Positions 1-12,746 of a stretch of DNA of 64,000 nt are shown here, piece after piece; the first letter of the stretch is position 1; every line of letters starts with the position of its first letter. The notes under the pieces are model-generated. The model was not told the DNA's origin. It worked only from the letters and a program-made list of their open reading frames with translations, and searched no databases. The stretch covers positions 6,208,001-6,272,000 of the forward strand of contig CP181291.1 of the NCBI GenBank assembly GCA_052279835.1, given 5' to 3'. This stretch comes from Microcoleus sp. GTDB taxonomy: Bacteria > Cyanobacteriota > Cyanobacteriia > Cyanobacteriales > Microcoleaceae. The position numbers and the translations under genes were made by a program.

Positions 1-50
1 CATCTGTAGTAGGACTTTATGAAAATGGTATTACCGGGTTAGCGAAAATT

Positions 51-91
51 TAAAAAAATCCCAGCCTCTAAAAAGGGCTGGGATTTTTTTA
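51..91. terminator. Bidirectional intrinsic terminator downstream of rpsD
   Basis: 16-bp inverted repeat taaaaaaatcccagcc / ggctgggattttttta with A- and T-tracts on either side. Confidence 0.8.
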
Positions 92-122
92 AGTTATAGA
101 AAAAGTGCGGTTGACCAATAAC

Positions 123-731
123 TTAAGCTTGACGTGAATAGTATTCCACAACTAGCAGTTCGTTAACCTGAAGCGCAATCCACTCGCGTTCCACAATGCC
201 ATTAACCTTACCAACCAGTTTTTGCTTATCAAATTCCAAGTGACTAGGCAAGTGAGCCAACCCTGGGTCTTTGAGATTCGCTTCCACCATTTGGCGCGAA
301 CGTTCCCGATTTTTTACCGAAATGACATCTCCAGGCTTGCACTGATAGCTGGCGATATTAACTTCGCGATCGTTCACAGTCACATGACCGTGATTGACCA
401 ATTGTCTAGCAGACGGAATGGTAGGAGCCATTCCCATCCGAAACACAGTGTTGTCCAAGCGCATTTCCAAAAATTGCAGTAACACTTGACCTGTGGAGCC
501 GGTAACTCGACGAGCTTTCCGAACGTAACGGAGCAATTGACGTTCAGTTACACCGTAATTGAAACGAAGTTTTTGCTTTTCTTGCAAGCGAACCGCATAC
601 TCAGATAGCTTTTTGCGGTTTTGACCATGTTGCCCAGGTGGATAATCCCGTCTGGCTGTTTTCCGAGTCAGCCCAGGCAAATCCTTGAGGCGACGGACGA
701 TTCTTAATCGGGGACCCCGATATCGAGACAT
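123..731 (-). CDS. rpsD: 30S ribosomal protein S4
   Basis: [15 protein letters not shown]...PGQHG...[10 protein letters not shown]...LEMRLDN...RQLVNHGH...VVEYYSR. Confidence 0.99.
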   Translation of the reverse strand: MSRYRGPRLRIVRRLKDLPGLTRKTARRDYPPGQHGQNRKKLSEYAVRLQEKQKLRFNYGVTERQLLRYVRKARRVTGSTGQVLLQFLEMRLDNTVFRMGMAPTIPSARQLVNHGHVTVNDREVNIASYQCKPGDVISVKNRERSRQMVEANLKDPGLAHLPSHLEFDKQKLVGKVNGIVEREWIALQVNELLVVEYYSRQA

Positions 732-1030
732 TGATTTTCCTCTCTAATGTCTGTATAAGATTTTATACAGGCTTTATACTTTGGCACTCTCAGGTGTAAA
801 ACGCTGAGATTTTTGGTTCTGCGAGACGACTTCCCGACGCAGAATTACTCTAACATCAGTAGTAGTCATCTCTCCCCAAACGTTGTTCGGAGCGGTGTCC
901 GAAAGTTTCGGTATGCCCTGCCGTACTCAAATTTTGACCCGTTGCCGATCATATCACACAAAATCTCAAGTGAAAGCCGATCGCCCGATCGCACCAAATT
1001 AGTGACAAAAATTCATAAATTAAATCCCCC

Positions 1031-1660
1031 ATGCACCACCCCAAATTTTCCCAAAGTTCGGCCACACTCCCAGCAGCCCCAGGCTCACAGCCCAGTGCGC
1101 GCTGGATGTTAGCCGTGGGAACACAACTAGCAACCATCGGTTTGCTGGCCACCATACTGCCTCCAATGCCCGCATCAGCCATCACGATTAGATTCCCTCG
1201 CACTAAAAATGCCTATCGCGCCTGCTCTGTGGAACTAATGGGAGCCGGACTTACCGCAGATGCAGCGGCCAGCGCTTGCGCCGATGCACTCCACCCCCGC
1301 GACATCTCTAAGTGCGTGGTTCAAATCAACCGCAAAACGAATATTGCCGCGGTGGAGGCCCTTGGTAGCTGTCAGCGAGTGCGTCGCCCCCTGGATTTAG
1401 CAACTTGCGTAGTGGACATTAACACCAAGTCTCGGACTACAACCACAACGCCGCTGTTGGTGCTGGATCAGTGTCGCCGCAGTTTATTACCAGAACAATT
1501 TTCCGAATGCGTAGTAGGATTGAGCCGTCAGGTAGACTTTTCGCTCGATCGCCTAATGAATACTTGTCTCGACACTAGGGAGAAAGTAAGTCAAGTAGAC
1601 GATCGTCCCATACCAAAACTTCCTGTGGATTTAATTGCACCACCTTCTCGGCTAAATTAA
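1031..1660 (+). CDS. Secreted hypothetical protein with four paired-Cys helical repeats (start may be 1106)
   Basis: Hydrophobic signal ending PASA; repeats of the type C-x18-21-C-x3-(L/R)(H/R)P. Confidence 0.75.
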   Translation: MHHPKFSQSSATLPAAPGSQPSARWMLAVGTQLATIGLLATILPPMPASAITIRFPRTKNAYRACSVELMGAGLTADAAASACADALHPRDISKCVVQINRKTNIAAVEALGSCQRVRRPLDLATCVVDINTKSRTTTTTPLLVLDQCRRSLLPEQFSECVVGLSRQVDFSLDRLMNTCLDTREKVSQVDDRPIPKLPVDLIAPPSRLN

Positions 1661-1695
1661 TTGATCATTGGACATTGGGCATTGGGCATTTTGTT

Positions 1696-1814
1696 ACTCG
1701 TTCCCAGGCTCTGCCTGGTAACGTAGATCCGGAGGCTCTGCCTCCAATTCTCCTCAAAGCTTGCGAGGCAGAGCAAGAGTGACATCCGTTCCCAGGCAGA
1801 GCCTGGGAACGAGT
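1696..1814. mobile_element. MITE-like dispersed element
   Basis: 23-bp terminal inverted repeat actcgttcccaggctctgcctgg / ccaggcagagcctgggaacgagt, with internal ggctctgcct/aggcagagc copies. Confidence 0.7.
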
Positions 1815-1830
1815 CAAATCAGGCATTACT

Positions 1831-1862
1831 CTTCCTTCTTCCTTCTTCCTTCTTCCTTCTTC
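1831..1862. repeat. STRR heptamer tandem repeat (cttcctt)n
   Basis: cttccttcttccttcttccttcttccttctt seen directly. Confidence 0.8.
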
Positions 1863-1875
1863 CCTCTTTGATTTA

Positions 1876-2223
1876 ATGTCACAAATTTTTGGTCAAATTA
1901 CTGTCGAAGAATTAAGCCAGCGTTTAGCACAAGCAACTACAGATCGATTGCAGCTTGTAGACGTGCGAGAACCTCACGAAGTGGAACTCGCCTCACTCCC
2001 AGGATTTGCAATTTTTCCCCTCAGCGAATTTGCCACCTGGTCAACGGAAATAGACGATCGCCTCGATCGCGACACCGAAACCCTAGTTCTGTGTCATCAT
2101 GGAGTGCGATCGGCTCAAATGTGCCACTGGTTGAGCGATCGAGGCTTCACCAACGTTAAAAACATCATCGGCGGTATCGATGCTTACTCAATGGTAGTCG
2201 ATCGGACTATTCCCCGATATTAA
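1876..2223 (+). CDS. Rhodanese-like sulfurtransferase
   Basis: LVDVRE...LCHHGVRS active loop...GGIDAYS. Confidence 0.93.
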   Translation: MSQIFGQITVEELSQRLAQATTDRLQLVDVREPHEVELASLPGFAIFPLSEFATWSTEIDDRLDRDTETLVLCHHGVRSAQMCHWLSDRGFTNVKNIIGGIDAYSMVVDRTIPRY

Positions 2224-2318
2224 TAGCAAATTAGAAAGCTCTCCGTTCTCTTCCTCTGCGCCCTCTGCGCCCTCTGTGGTTAAATAATTCATAAAAAATC
2301 ACAGAAAATAACCAGCAA

Positions 2319-3254
2319 TCAAAACAACCAACAATCAAAATAACCAGCCGGTGGTGAATCATCAAACAAAACTTGAGCTTTGTCTAAATTAGGAACAGAT
2401 TCAGCCAATGCTTTACCTAACTTAACTTCCAGCGCTCTGTCTGTTAAAGCAAAGGAAAATTGATGGTAATTTTGCAAAGAAGCAGCCCTAGAAACAATCT
2501 CATTGTTATCTAAAATCGGACTATTACTGCCAATTAAAACACTGTTAATGTTCTTCCAAGGGCAGACACATACCTGGGAAAAAGCACTTTGAAAAGTTGT
2601 GATTTTTTCTGCATAAAACTCATCTCTTTGCAGCAGATTGACTAGCACAACTCCTGCACTAGACAAATGTTTTTGGCAAAGTTCATAAAATTCCTTAGTT
2701 GCTAAACGATGGGGAAAGTAGCCATTGCCAAAAAACACATCAGTCATGATTATATCGTAGAGAACATCTGGTTTTTGCTGTTCCAGATACTCTCTGCCAT
2801 CTTGAATTGCTACCGTGAGTCGTGAGTCTAATTTTACCCCAAAACACTGGGTAGCGGCTTCGATCGCGATCGGATCGACATCCGCACATTCAATGAGAGT
2901 TTCTGGCAAATAGTGATGCAAAACTAAGGGAATTCTGCCACCACCAAACCCAGCTATGTAGATTTTTTGAGGTTGACTTTGCCACACCAAAGCTAACATC
3001 ATCGCCTGAGTATATTCAGAAACAAGATGTAAAGGATTATTTAAATCAAACACAGATTGCAATAAATCTGTATACAAATTTACCTTTTCTACTAAAGATA
3101 GCTTAATGCGCGATCGCTCTTTTTTAACTGCAACATAATGAACTCCAGAATCTTTACAAAAAATCATGCCATCTGGCTGTTGTTGCACCCAAGCCAGCCG
3201 CTGCTGAATGGCAGCTAAATTAAGAGTTTGCCAGTTTTTGCGATCGTCAATCAT
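2319..3254 (-). CDS. Spermidine synthase-like SAM-dependent methyltransferase
   Basis: GFGGG motif, CADVDP, DGREYL, YDIIMTDVF. Confidence 0.85.
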   Translation of the reverse strand: MIDDRKNWQTLNLAAIQQRLAWVQQQPDGMIFCKDSGVHYVAVKKERSRIKLSLVEKVNLYTDLLQSVFDLNNPLHLVSEYTQAMMLALVWQSQPQKIYIAGFGGGRIPLVLHHYLPETLIECADVDPIAIEAATQCFGVKLDSRLTVAIQDGREYLEQQKPDVLYDIIMTDVFFGNGYFPHRLATKEFYELCQKHLSSAGVVLVNLLQRDEFYAEKITTFQSAFSQVCVCPWKNINSVLIGSNSPILDNNEIVSRAASLQNYHQFSFALTDRALEVKLGKALAESVPNLDKAQVLFDDSPPAGYFDCWLF

Positions 3255-3264
3255 CTAATATTAA

Positions 3265-3406
3265 ATCTGCCTTATTTCCTAGTCCGCTTGGAGTGGACTT
3301 CGTTTGTATAGACGCGGTTTCAACCGCCTGGTCATCTGCCTTATTTCCTAGTGCGTCCAGGCGGACTTCGTTTGACTTTCTGGCGGTTTCAACCGCCGGG
3401 TCATCT
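3265..3406. repeat. Two tandem ~69-bp REP-like units
   Basis: atctgccttatttcctagt...ggacttcgtttg...gcggtttcaaccgcc.ggtc begins at 3265 and again at 3334; each has a gcggtt/aaccgc hairpin. Confidence 0.75.
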
Positions 3407-3420
3407 AGAACCTAGAACCA

Positions 3421-4020
3421 TTAAGCCCGCTGATAGGCCACCAATTCCAAACCAGAAATCGAAAATTCCACCCTTTTCCAATCTTCCTTTTTACCCTCAA
3501 AATTTTCAAACGCAGAATCAGTCAGCAAAATCTCTCCCTGTTGCGCCAAATCCTCTCCCAGCTTCGATGCCAGATTAAATTCCGAACCGTACATATCCTC
3601 TCCTTCCAGCATCAAAACATCACCGTAGCCTATCCCGATGCACAGATAAATATCCATTTCAGGCGGTAGAGTAGTATTCACAGCCCCCGTATGCTTCAGA
3701 GAATCGCTCGCAGCATCCACAGCCGATTTTACATCAGGAAACACAGCAAAAATATTGTCAGCTTCCTCCTTCACTACAGTGCCACCATATTCAGCAATTA
3801 CAGGATAGACAATTGCGTGCATCCGGTGAATCATTGACAAAAAATGAATAATTCCGTAACGGACAGTTGTCCGAGAAAATCCCGACATATCGATGACCAT
3901 AATCGCATGAGTTTGGCGAAAAGTTGCATTGATTTCAGCATCAATTTCTGCCATCTTTTCAGGACGTTCGTTTCTTTCTTGCAGTAATTCTCGCAGGTAA
4001 GCACGGTTATTTGTTTTCAT
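3421..4020 (-). CDS. Stand-alone class III adenylate/guanylate cyclase domain protein
   Basis: IDMSGFS, KEEADN, IGIGYG, DMYGSEFNLASKL. Confidence 0.88.
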   Translation of the reverse strand: MKTNNRAYLRELLQERNERPEKMAEIDAEINATFRQTHAIMVIDMSGFSRTTVRYGIIHFLSMIHRMHAIVYPVIAEYGGTVVKEEADNIFAVFPDVKSAVDAASDSLKHTGAVNTTLPPEMDIYLCIGIGYGDVLMLEGEDMYGSEFNLASKLGEDLAQQGEILLTDSAFENFEGKKEDWKRVEFSISGLELVAYQRA

Positions 4021-4026
4021 TTTATT

Positions 4027-4755
4027 TTAATTAAATTTCCAATCGATACACACTTCTTGAGGGCGGCAACCCGGATGCAATGCACAATTTATGCCATCCT
4101 TGCCATGATAATAATAGCAGATTTTGCAAGGTCTAGTTTGCTCTAATTTTTTCATCAAGATTGTGCGGATAGTCTGCACTTTGTGGTGATATTTGTTCGC
4201 AGTCGAGTGACTGGGTTCAATTGCCAAAGCTTGCTCGAAAGCAGCTAAACTGGAATCGTACAACTTAATAATTTGGCCACTGTAGTTAGTCCAAGCATCG
4301 GCGCGGCTTTGATACAGTTCGATCGTACTTAAGTTTAAAATACCATATTCCGTCCAAGCGTCCGCCGAAGCTCGATCGAACTTAATATTGGCATGGAGTA
4401 AAACTTTTTTAATAGTTGCCAACAGTTCCCTGGGCAGCCAAGGTTTGCTAACATAGGCTTCGGCGCTATCTATCGACCTGGCAAATAAATCTAACCGCTG
4501 TCCCTTCCCTGTTAAAAATACTACCGGTATATTCCGAGTTTCAGGGTGAGCTTTAATTAAACTGCAAACACCGTAGCCGTCCAGGCGAGGCATCACGATA
4601 TCTAATAATATTAAATCGGGGCACTTTTTCTCGATTTGAGCGAGAGCTTCCACACCGTCAGATGCCTGCATTATATCCAATCCACTGCAACTCAATTGAT
4701 GTGAAATACACTCCCGTTGACTGCGGGAATCTTCTACAACTAAAACTGTGCTCAT
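4027..4755 (-). CDS. Response regulator: receiver + TPR-like helices + Cys-rich C-terminus
   Basis: VLVVEDS, LLDIVMP, FLTG, KP; C-terminal CKICYYYHG...CALHP...C.DW. Confidence 0.88.
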   Translation of the reverse strand: MSTVLVVEDSRSQRECISHQLSCSGLDIMQASDGVEALAQIEKKCPDLILLDIVMPRLDGYGVCSLIKAHPETRNIPVVFLTGKGQRLDLFARSIDSAEAYVSKPWLPRELLATIKKVLLHANIKFDRASADAWTEYGILNLSTIELYQSRADAWTNYSGQIIKLYDSSLAAFEQALAIEPSHSTANKYHHKVQTIRTILMKKLEQTRPCKICYYYHGKDGINCALHPGCRPQEVCIDWKFN

Positions 4756-5194
4756 CTCTCCCTCCTTTTGTGTCTGAGGTCAAACTTTCCACCGCATCGA
4801 CTCGCCCTTGCTGAAATTAGTTTACCCAAAAAGGAAGCAAAAGTTTCAGATATTCATAAGTCGATACATTCGACCTCTCCTCAAAAGCCTGTCCCCAATA
4901 ATTATGGGAGATGTCTATTAGTCAAAGATAGAAGAGTTTCATAAGAGGCGATTTTTTTTTAGTGGGGGACCCAACATCACCACCGATGGGGGCAAGCAGG
5001 GGGGATTGCCCCTACTTTTAGCCGCTGGTGCAGAGGCTTCGCATCCATGACTGTTTTTGCAGAAACGGCGATTAATCCCTATTTAATGGAAGTTGTAACA
5101 AACGAAGCAACACTGAGAATTCGGAGGAAAAGTTGGTTGTATTGAAAGAGATAATGGGCTACTGTATTACTGGAAAGTCATCTCTTGACAACAA

Positions 5195-5551
5195 ATGAAT
5201 AGATTGCTCCTCACTTTACTGGTAAATCCGACCCTGTTAGGGTTTCTAATGTCTTTGAACGTGATAGTAAATCCCGTTCGCGCCGAAACTCCAGACGGGC
5301 CGACTAATGCGGCAAACTGCGTCAAATCACCCCACACTCAGCGCTTGACTTGCCTTCGGCTTCCCGCCAAAACTGCGGCTTCCAATTCTAAAGTAGCCAT
5401 TCGTTGGCAGCGCCAGGGTGACGAACCGATTGCGATGTTGGACTTTACGGAAGAAGAAAGCGATGCAGCGGTGGCATTATTTGGTTGCGACTGCCCGCTG
5501 TGTATCAATTCGCTGCGCCAGTTGCGCGGTTTGCCACCCCTAGCGAGTTAA
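5195..5551 (+). CDS. Secreted hypothetical protein with C-terminal CDCPxC motif
   Basis: Signal-like N-terminus ending PVRA; FTEEESDAAVALFGCDCPLCINSLRQLRG. Confidence 0.75.
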   Translation: MNRLLLTLLVNPTLLGFLMSLNVIVNPVRAETPDGPTNAANCVKSPHTQRLTCLRLPAKTAASNSKVAIRWQRQGDEPIAMLDFTEEESDAAVALFGCDCPLCINSLRQLRGLPPLAS

Positions 5552-5783
5552 GCCCATACCGCCCATACCGCTACTTTAGTTTACCTTCGATCGCACCCAC
5601 AGCATCAGGATTTAGCCTACCGTAGCGGTTCTTCCCAACTTGACTTGCAACAGATTCTTAAAAGGAAAAATTCCCCAAATTAAACTGTTAGTAAACCCAT
5701 CCGTTATAAAAAATCAAATCCATCGCACCCCTAGACAAAATTCAATATATAATATCAAAGAAGTAAACCGCTACAAGTGAATC

Positions 5784-6230
5784 ATGTCCGCAAACACCGC
5801 GCTACCCCCAGCCCTAGCCAAAATTGTCCAGCGCTTTCAGCGACACGCCGACCCGAAACAGCGCTACGAACAACTGCTGTGGTATGCTAAGCGACTCCCA
5901 GCATTTCCCGAAGGCGACAAACAGCCGGAAAACAAAGTTTCTGGCTGCGTGTCGCAAGTTTATATTACGGCAAATTTGACCGACGGAAAAGTTCTGTTTC
6001 AAGGGGATTCAGACGCTCAATTAGTCAAAGGATTAGTCGGCTTACTTGTGGAAGGTTTGAGCGGATTAACTCCGGCTGAAATTGTTAACGTTACCCCAGA
6101 TTTTATTCAAGATACGGGATTGAATGTGAGCCTGACACCTTCCCGCGCCAATGGATTTTACAACATATTTCAAATGATGAGAAATAAAGCACTTGCTTGT
6201 GAATTGAGCGAGCAAGCCGCAGCCAATTAA
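5784..6230 (+). CDS. sufE: SufE-family cysteine desulfuration protein
   Basis: NKVSGCVSQVY, GDSDAQLVKGL, LTPSRANG. Confidence 0.95.
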   Translation: MSANTALPPALAKIVQRFQRHADPKQRYEQLLWYAKRLPAFPEGDKQPENKVSGCVSQVYITANLTDGKVLFQGDSDAQLVKGLVGLLVEGLSGLTPAEIVNVTPDFIQDTGLNVSLTPSRANGFYNIFQMMRNKALACELSEQAAAN

Positions 6231-6244
6231 AAACCTAAACAGCC

Positions 6245-7150
6245 ATGACTCAAACTACAGATTTAATAAAAACTAATTCGGCCAACTACCCCGGCACTGT
6301 TAAAGAATATCTCTGGCAGTGGAAAGAAACCTCAATTAAAGTTGTTTACGAAACCACAGGAGAGGGAACTCCTGTCTTGTTATTGCCGGCATTCAGTACG
6401 GTTTCGACGCGGGGAGAAATGCGTCCTTTAGCAGAATTATTGTCTCCCAATTTTCAAGTTGTGACTGTCGATTGGCCTGGTTTTGGCGATTCATCTCGCC
6501 CGCGGACTGACTATGAACCGTCATTATATCATCAATTTTTGACAGATTTTGTGGGGGCAATTTTTAATAGTCCTGTGGCGGTAATTGCAGCGGGTCATGC
6601 TGCGGGTTATGTGATGGCATTAGCGCAATCTAAACCCCATGTTTGGTCAAAGATTGTGTTGGTGGCACCAACTTGGCGCGGGCCTTTGCCGACGATGAGC
6701 AAACAGCAGAGTGGCTGGCACTCTATTGTGAGAGAATTAGTACGATCGCCCTTAGTGGGACAATTTCTATACAAACTGAATACTGCGCCTTCTTTCCTCA
6801 GTTTGATGTATCGCCGCCATGTCTATACAGATTCGGCTAAAGTCACAGCGGATTTTATTCACGGTAAGTGGCTAGTTACGCAGCAACCAGGTGCTCGGTA
6901 TGGTTCGGCTGCTTTTGTGACTGGTGGTTTAGATCCGGTAAAAACGCGATCGGAATTTACGGATAAGTTTCAACAATTAGCAATGCCGGTAATGGTTGTA
7001 ATTGCTGAAAATGCGCCTCCAAAATCTAAGGCTGAAATGGAAGTTTTAGCGGAATTATCTGGTGTTGAATCGCGGGTGATTCCTGGTTCTTTGGGGACGC
7101 ACGAAGAGAATTCAGTAGATTTGGCGAAGGTGATTAAATCTTTTATTTGA
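6245..7150 (+). CDS. Alpha/beta fold hydrolase-like protein
   Basis: VLLLPAFST, DWPGFGDS, IAAGHAAG (nucleophile elbow lacks Ser), HEE. Confidence 0.85.
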   Translation: MTQTTDLIKTNSANYPGTVKEYLWQWKETSIKVVYETTGEGTPVLLLPAFSTVSTRGEMRPLAELLSPNFQVVTVDWPGFGDSSRPRTDYEPSLYHQFLTDFVGAIFNSPVAVIAAGHAAGYVMALAQSKPHVWSKIVLVAPTWRGPLPTMSKQQSGWHSIVRELVRSPLVGQFLYKLNTAPSFLSLMYRRHVYTDSAKVTADFIHGKWLVTQQPGARYGSAAFVTGGLDPVKTRSEFTDKFQQLAMPVMVVIAENAPPKSKAEMEVLAELSGVESRVIPGSLGTHEENSVDLAKVIKSFI

Positions 7151-7215
7151 GAGGATTAAGAGGGATTGAACCACAGAGGGCGCAGAGAACGCAGAGAGAA
7201 GAGATGAGGGGATGA

Positions 7216-8175
7216 ATGCAAGCTGTTTTTTTAATGTTAGTTTGGATTTTTTGCTATGGGTTTTGTCTCCCGGTCTATGCTGTGGGATATCCGCAGTTTC
7301 CTGATTCACAAAAGAGCATGATTGAAGGTGCGATCGACTTTCACGTCCATTCTTCTCCTGATGTGATTCCCCGCCGACTTGATGATTTTGAAGTGGCTAA
7401 ATTAGCTGCTAGGGCGAAGATGAAAGCGGTGGTATTGAAAAATCATTTTGGGAGTACAGCAGCCCGCGCAGTTTTGGTTAATAAGATAGTACCAGAAATC
7501 CAAGTTTTTGGAGGTGTTGTTCTCAATCATTCTGTCGGTGGGATGAATCCTCAAGCGGTGGAAGCTATGCACCGCATCGGTGGCAAATATGGTAAAGTAG
7601 TATGGCTACCAACGGTTGATGCTGATTGTCATTTGAGGGCTTTTCACCAGCCGGGAAGGGGGATTAAAGTTGCAGAAAATGGCAAGGTTTTACCGGAGAC
7701 AGAAGCGGTATTGCAGATGGTAGCTAGAGAGAATTTGGTATTGGAAACTGGTCATATTTGCCCGGAAGAGGTGATGGCGGTTGTGGAGCGATCGCACTTG
7801 CTCAACATTAAGAACATCCTGATTACTCACGCCATGGCTGATGTACCCGGTTTGTCCCTAGAAAATATGCAAACAGCCGCCCAGATGGGAGCTTTCTTAG
7901 AACTCGCATTTGTCAACGATTTGATGGGAGAAAATGCGGCTGACGACGGACATAAAAACTGGCATCATGTTTCAATTACCAAGATGGCGGCCGCGATTAA
8001 GCTCATCGGTGCAGAGCATTTTGTACTCAGCACCGATTTGGGGAGAAAACCCGATCCTTTACCTACGGAAGGTTACAAAATGTTTGTCAAAAAGTTAAAG
8101 ACTGAAGGAATTTCTCAGCGGGAAATAGATTTAATTATGACCCAAAATCCCGCTGTTTTGTTAGGAATTACCTGA
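7216..8175 (+). CDS. Amidohydrolase-like TIM-barrel metalloprotein (DUF6282-like)
   Basis: IDFHVH, LKNH, ETGH, ITH, STDLG, NPAVLLG. Confidence 0.82.
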   Translation: MQAVFLMLVWIFCYGFCLPVYAVGYPQFPDSQKSMIEGAIDFHVHSSPDVIPRRLDDFEVAKLAARAKMKAVVLKNHFGSTAARAVLVNKIVPEIQVFGGVVLNHSVGGMNPQAVEAMHRIGGKYGKVVWLPTVDADCHLRAFHQPGRGIKVAENGKVLPETEAVLQMVARENLVLETGHICPEEVMAVVERSHLLNIKNILITHAMADVPGLSLENMQTAAQMGAFLELAFVNDLMGENAADDGHKNWHHVSITKMAAAIKLIGAEHFVLSTDLGRKPDPLPTEGYKMFVKKLKTEGISQREIDLIMTQNPAVLLGIT

Positions 8176-8176
8176 T

Positions 8177-10946
<2,770 letters not shown>

Positions 10947-11557
10947 TTACGATCATTATAATGAGTAATGTAAAGACATATCAAGTTTTGCAAATTGTGC
11001 TTGGCCCTCCAGAAAAGTCATGCTAACTTAATAATAGACACCGGACAGAAAGGAAAAGGAGGTCGCTATATTTAGAAACACAGTTCGAGGATATAGACAT
11101 GGTGTCTCCGGTCTAAATTCCCAAGGTGGCAGAAATTAACCGAACACAACATATAATGTAGCAACACTGTCGATCGAACAGTAAAGCTAAACGAAAGTCG
11201 AGTCTGACTAATTGTGGTTTTGGATTAAAAGTAAAGCTGCAAAAGTTGTAAACCCCTAGTAAGTAATTGTTCTTAATCGGAAATATACCTCGTTTGTTAA
11301 AAAATCAAAGGTTCTCATATTGGGTCTGGTCGTGGTCGATCGGACCCTAAGTTTGTTGAGAGGGCTATTGACTGGCAAGTAATAGTTAAGTTTTATGTAC
11401 AAATTGAGCCGTAGCACTCATACTAAATCCAGGTTAAAAAATCTCGCTTATTGCTGGATAGAGCACGGCTGTAACAGGGATCAAGAAAATGATGATTGTG
11501 TAGAGCTAGTGGATGGTGCGTCGCTACCCTCCCCATGTACTGAGTCTGGGAGTTTTG

Positions 11558-11623
11558 AGGTGGGGGTAGAGGGGTAGAGGGGGAGTGGGGTAGAGGGGGA
11601 GACGGTGAGATGGGGAGATGGTG
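11558..11623. repeat. G-rich short tandem repeats (ggggtaga / ggggagat type)
   Basis: gggggtagaggggtagagggggagtggggtagagggggagacggtgagatggggagatgg. Confidence 0.7.
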
Positions 11624-12127
11624 ACATCGGTCAAGATAGTGGCTATTGGTACTGAATAATTCTGTCTAAACGTGATAAATAATTAGATGTGTGTTCGCGA
11701 TCGCTGCTTTTTAGTGGTGGATAAGCTGCTGTCGCTAAAGCTACAGTCAAGATGCGATATCATAGAAAATGTCAATAAAAGACATTAAAATCTACTTTGC
11801 TGTCTCAGGAAAGTCTACCCTTGACTAGCTTGCTGCAAGGTAAAGATGGCAAATCGCCATTTTTAGTAACAGGATTGCGCCCAACAATCTGAATCTCAGG
11901 ATATTTAGAGTGAATTCTCTAAAGAAACTTATCCCCGACTCAGGGGAAAGAGTCTCAAACCGTAGGGCCTATGTCACACAGGCAACTGTCCCAAACAACT
12001 GTCGCAAATCAGGGTAAAAGTGGGTGAGAAGCCTCTGGAGTCCGTTTTTATGGCTCGACTGGCGGTTTCGCCAAAAAATCTAGCACAGTTCTCAAATTCA
12101 CATTTTTCGGAGATTCGAGGTAAAATC

Positions 12128-12736
12128 ATGGCCGAAATAACTAAAGAAGAAATGCGCGAACGCCTGGGCAATATTGACCAGATTCGCGATATAATTTTCG
12201 GAGCTCAGCTTAGAGAATACGATAATCGCTTCGATAAAATAGATTCTGAGTTGTCGATGATGCAGCAAGATATGCAAGCTCGCATCGAACAAGTAAAAAC
12301 CGTTCTTTCCGGAGAAATGAGGGCGGCGGTTGATTCCTTTGAAAAGAAAATCAAATCAATCAGCTTGAATACCCAAGAAGAAAGCGCAGACCTCCGTCAG
12401 CAAATCGATCGCGTTAACCGAAAATTTTCCAGCAGCATAGAAGCACTGGACGAGGCGATAGACAATCAAACCACTTCCATTCGTGACGAAGTATCCCAAA
12501 CTAGAGAGCGACTCTCTGAAGAAACTCGCACTCTAAAAACACAAGTTTTTGAAGAACTCGATCGGCGTTTTTCCATGCTCAGAGAAGTCAAAGTTTCCAG
12601 AGATGACATGGCGGAAATTTTGTTTGAACTAGGCATGAGGCTCAAAGGCACTGAATTTGTACCGGAACTCAAGGGAGTGACGGATAATAAGCTAAATAAC
12701 GAATTTTTGTTACCAGAGCGTCACCATCACGGATAA
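12128..12736 (+). CDS. Coiled-coil protein, first gene of GTPase operon
   Basis: ATG at 12128 with GAGG upstream; NIDQIRDIIFGAQ followed by heptad-rich helical sequence. Confidence 0.85.
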   Translation: MAEITKEEMRERLGNIDQIRDIIFGAQLREYDNRFDKIDSELSMMQQDMQARIEQVKTVLSGEMRAAVDSFEKKIKSISLNTQEESADLRQQIDRVNRKFSSSIEALDEAIDNQTTSIRDEVSQTRERLSEETRTLKTQVFEELDRRFSMLREVKVSRDDMAEILFELGMRLKGTEFVPELKGVTDNKLNNEFLLPERHHHG

Positions 12737-12746
12737 TTAACAACCC

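Noticed and set aside
813..1203. ORFs 813..1112 and 949..1203, and the many other short ORFs overlapping longer genes
   Set aside because: No recognisable motifs; they overlap or are antisense to better supported CDSs
2250..2283. ctctgcgccctctgcgccctctgtgg-type repeats (also ~7170-7200 reversed and ~43894-43921)
   Set aside because: Common dispersed intergenic repeat type; no locus-specific signal
3265..3406. Possible mini-CRISPR (69-bp periodicity)
   Set aside because: Only two units, similar along their full length with no unique spacer, and no cas genes; fits a REP-like duplication
11970..12075. Faint resemblance to a c-di-GMP-I riboswitch upstream of the GTPase operon
   Set aside because: Could not build the P1/P2 stems or the GNRA tetraloop-receptor by eye; needs an Infernal scan
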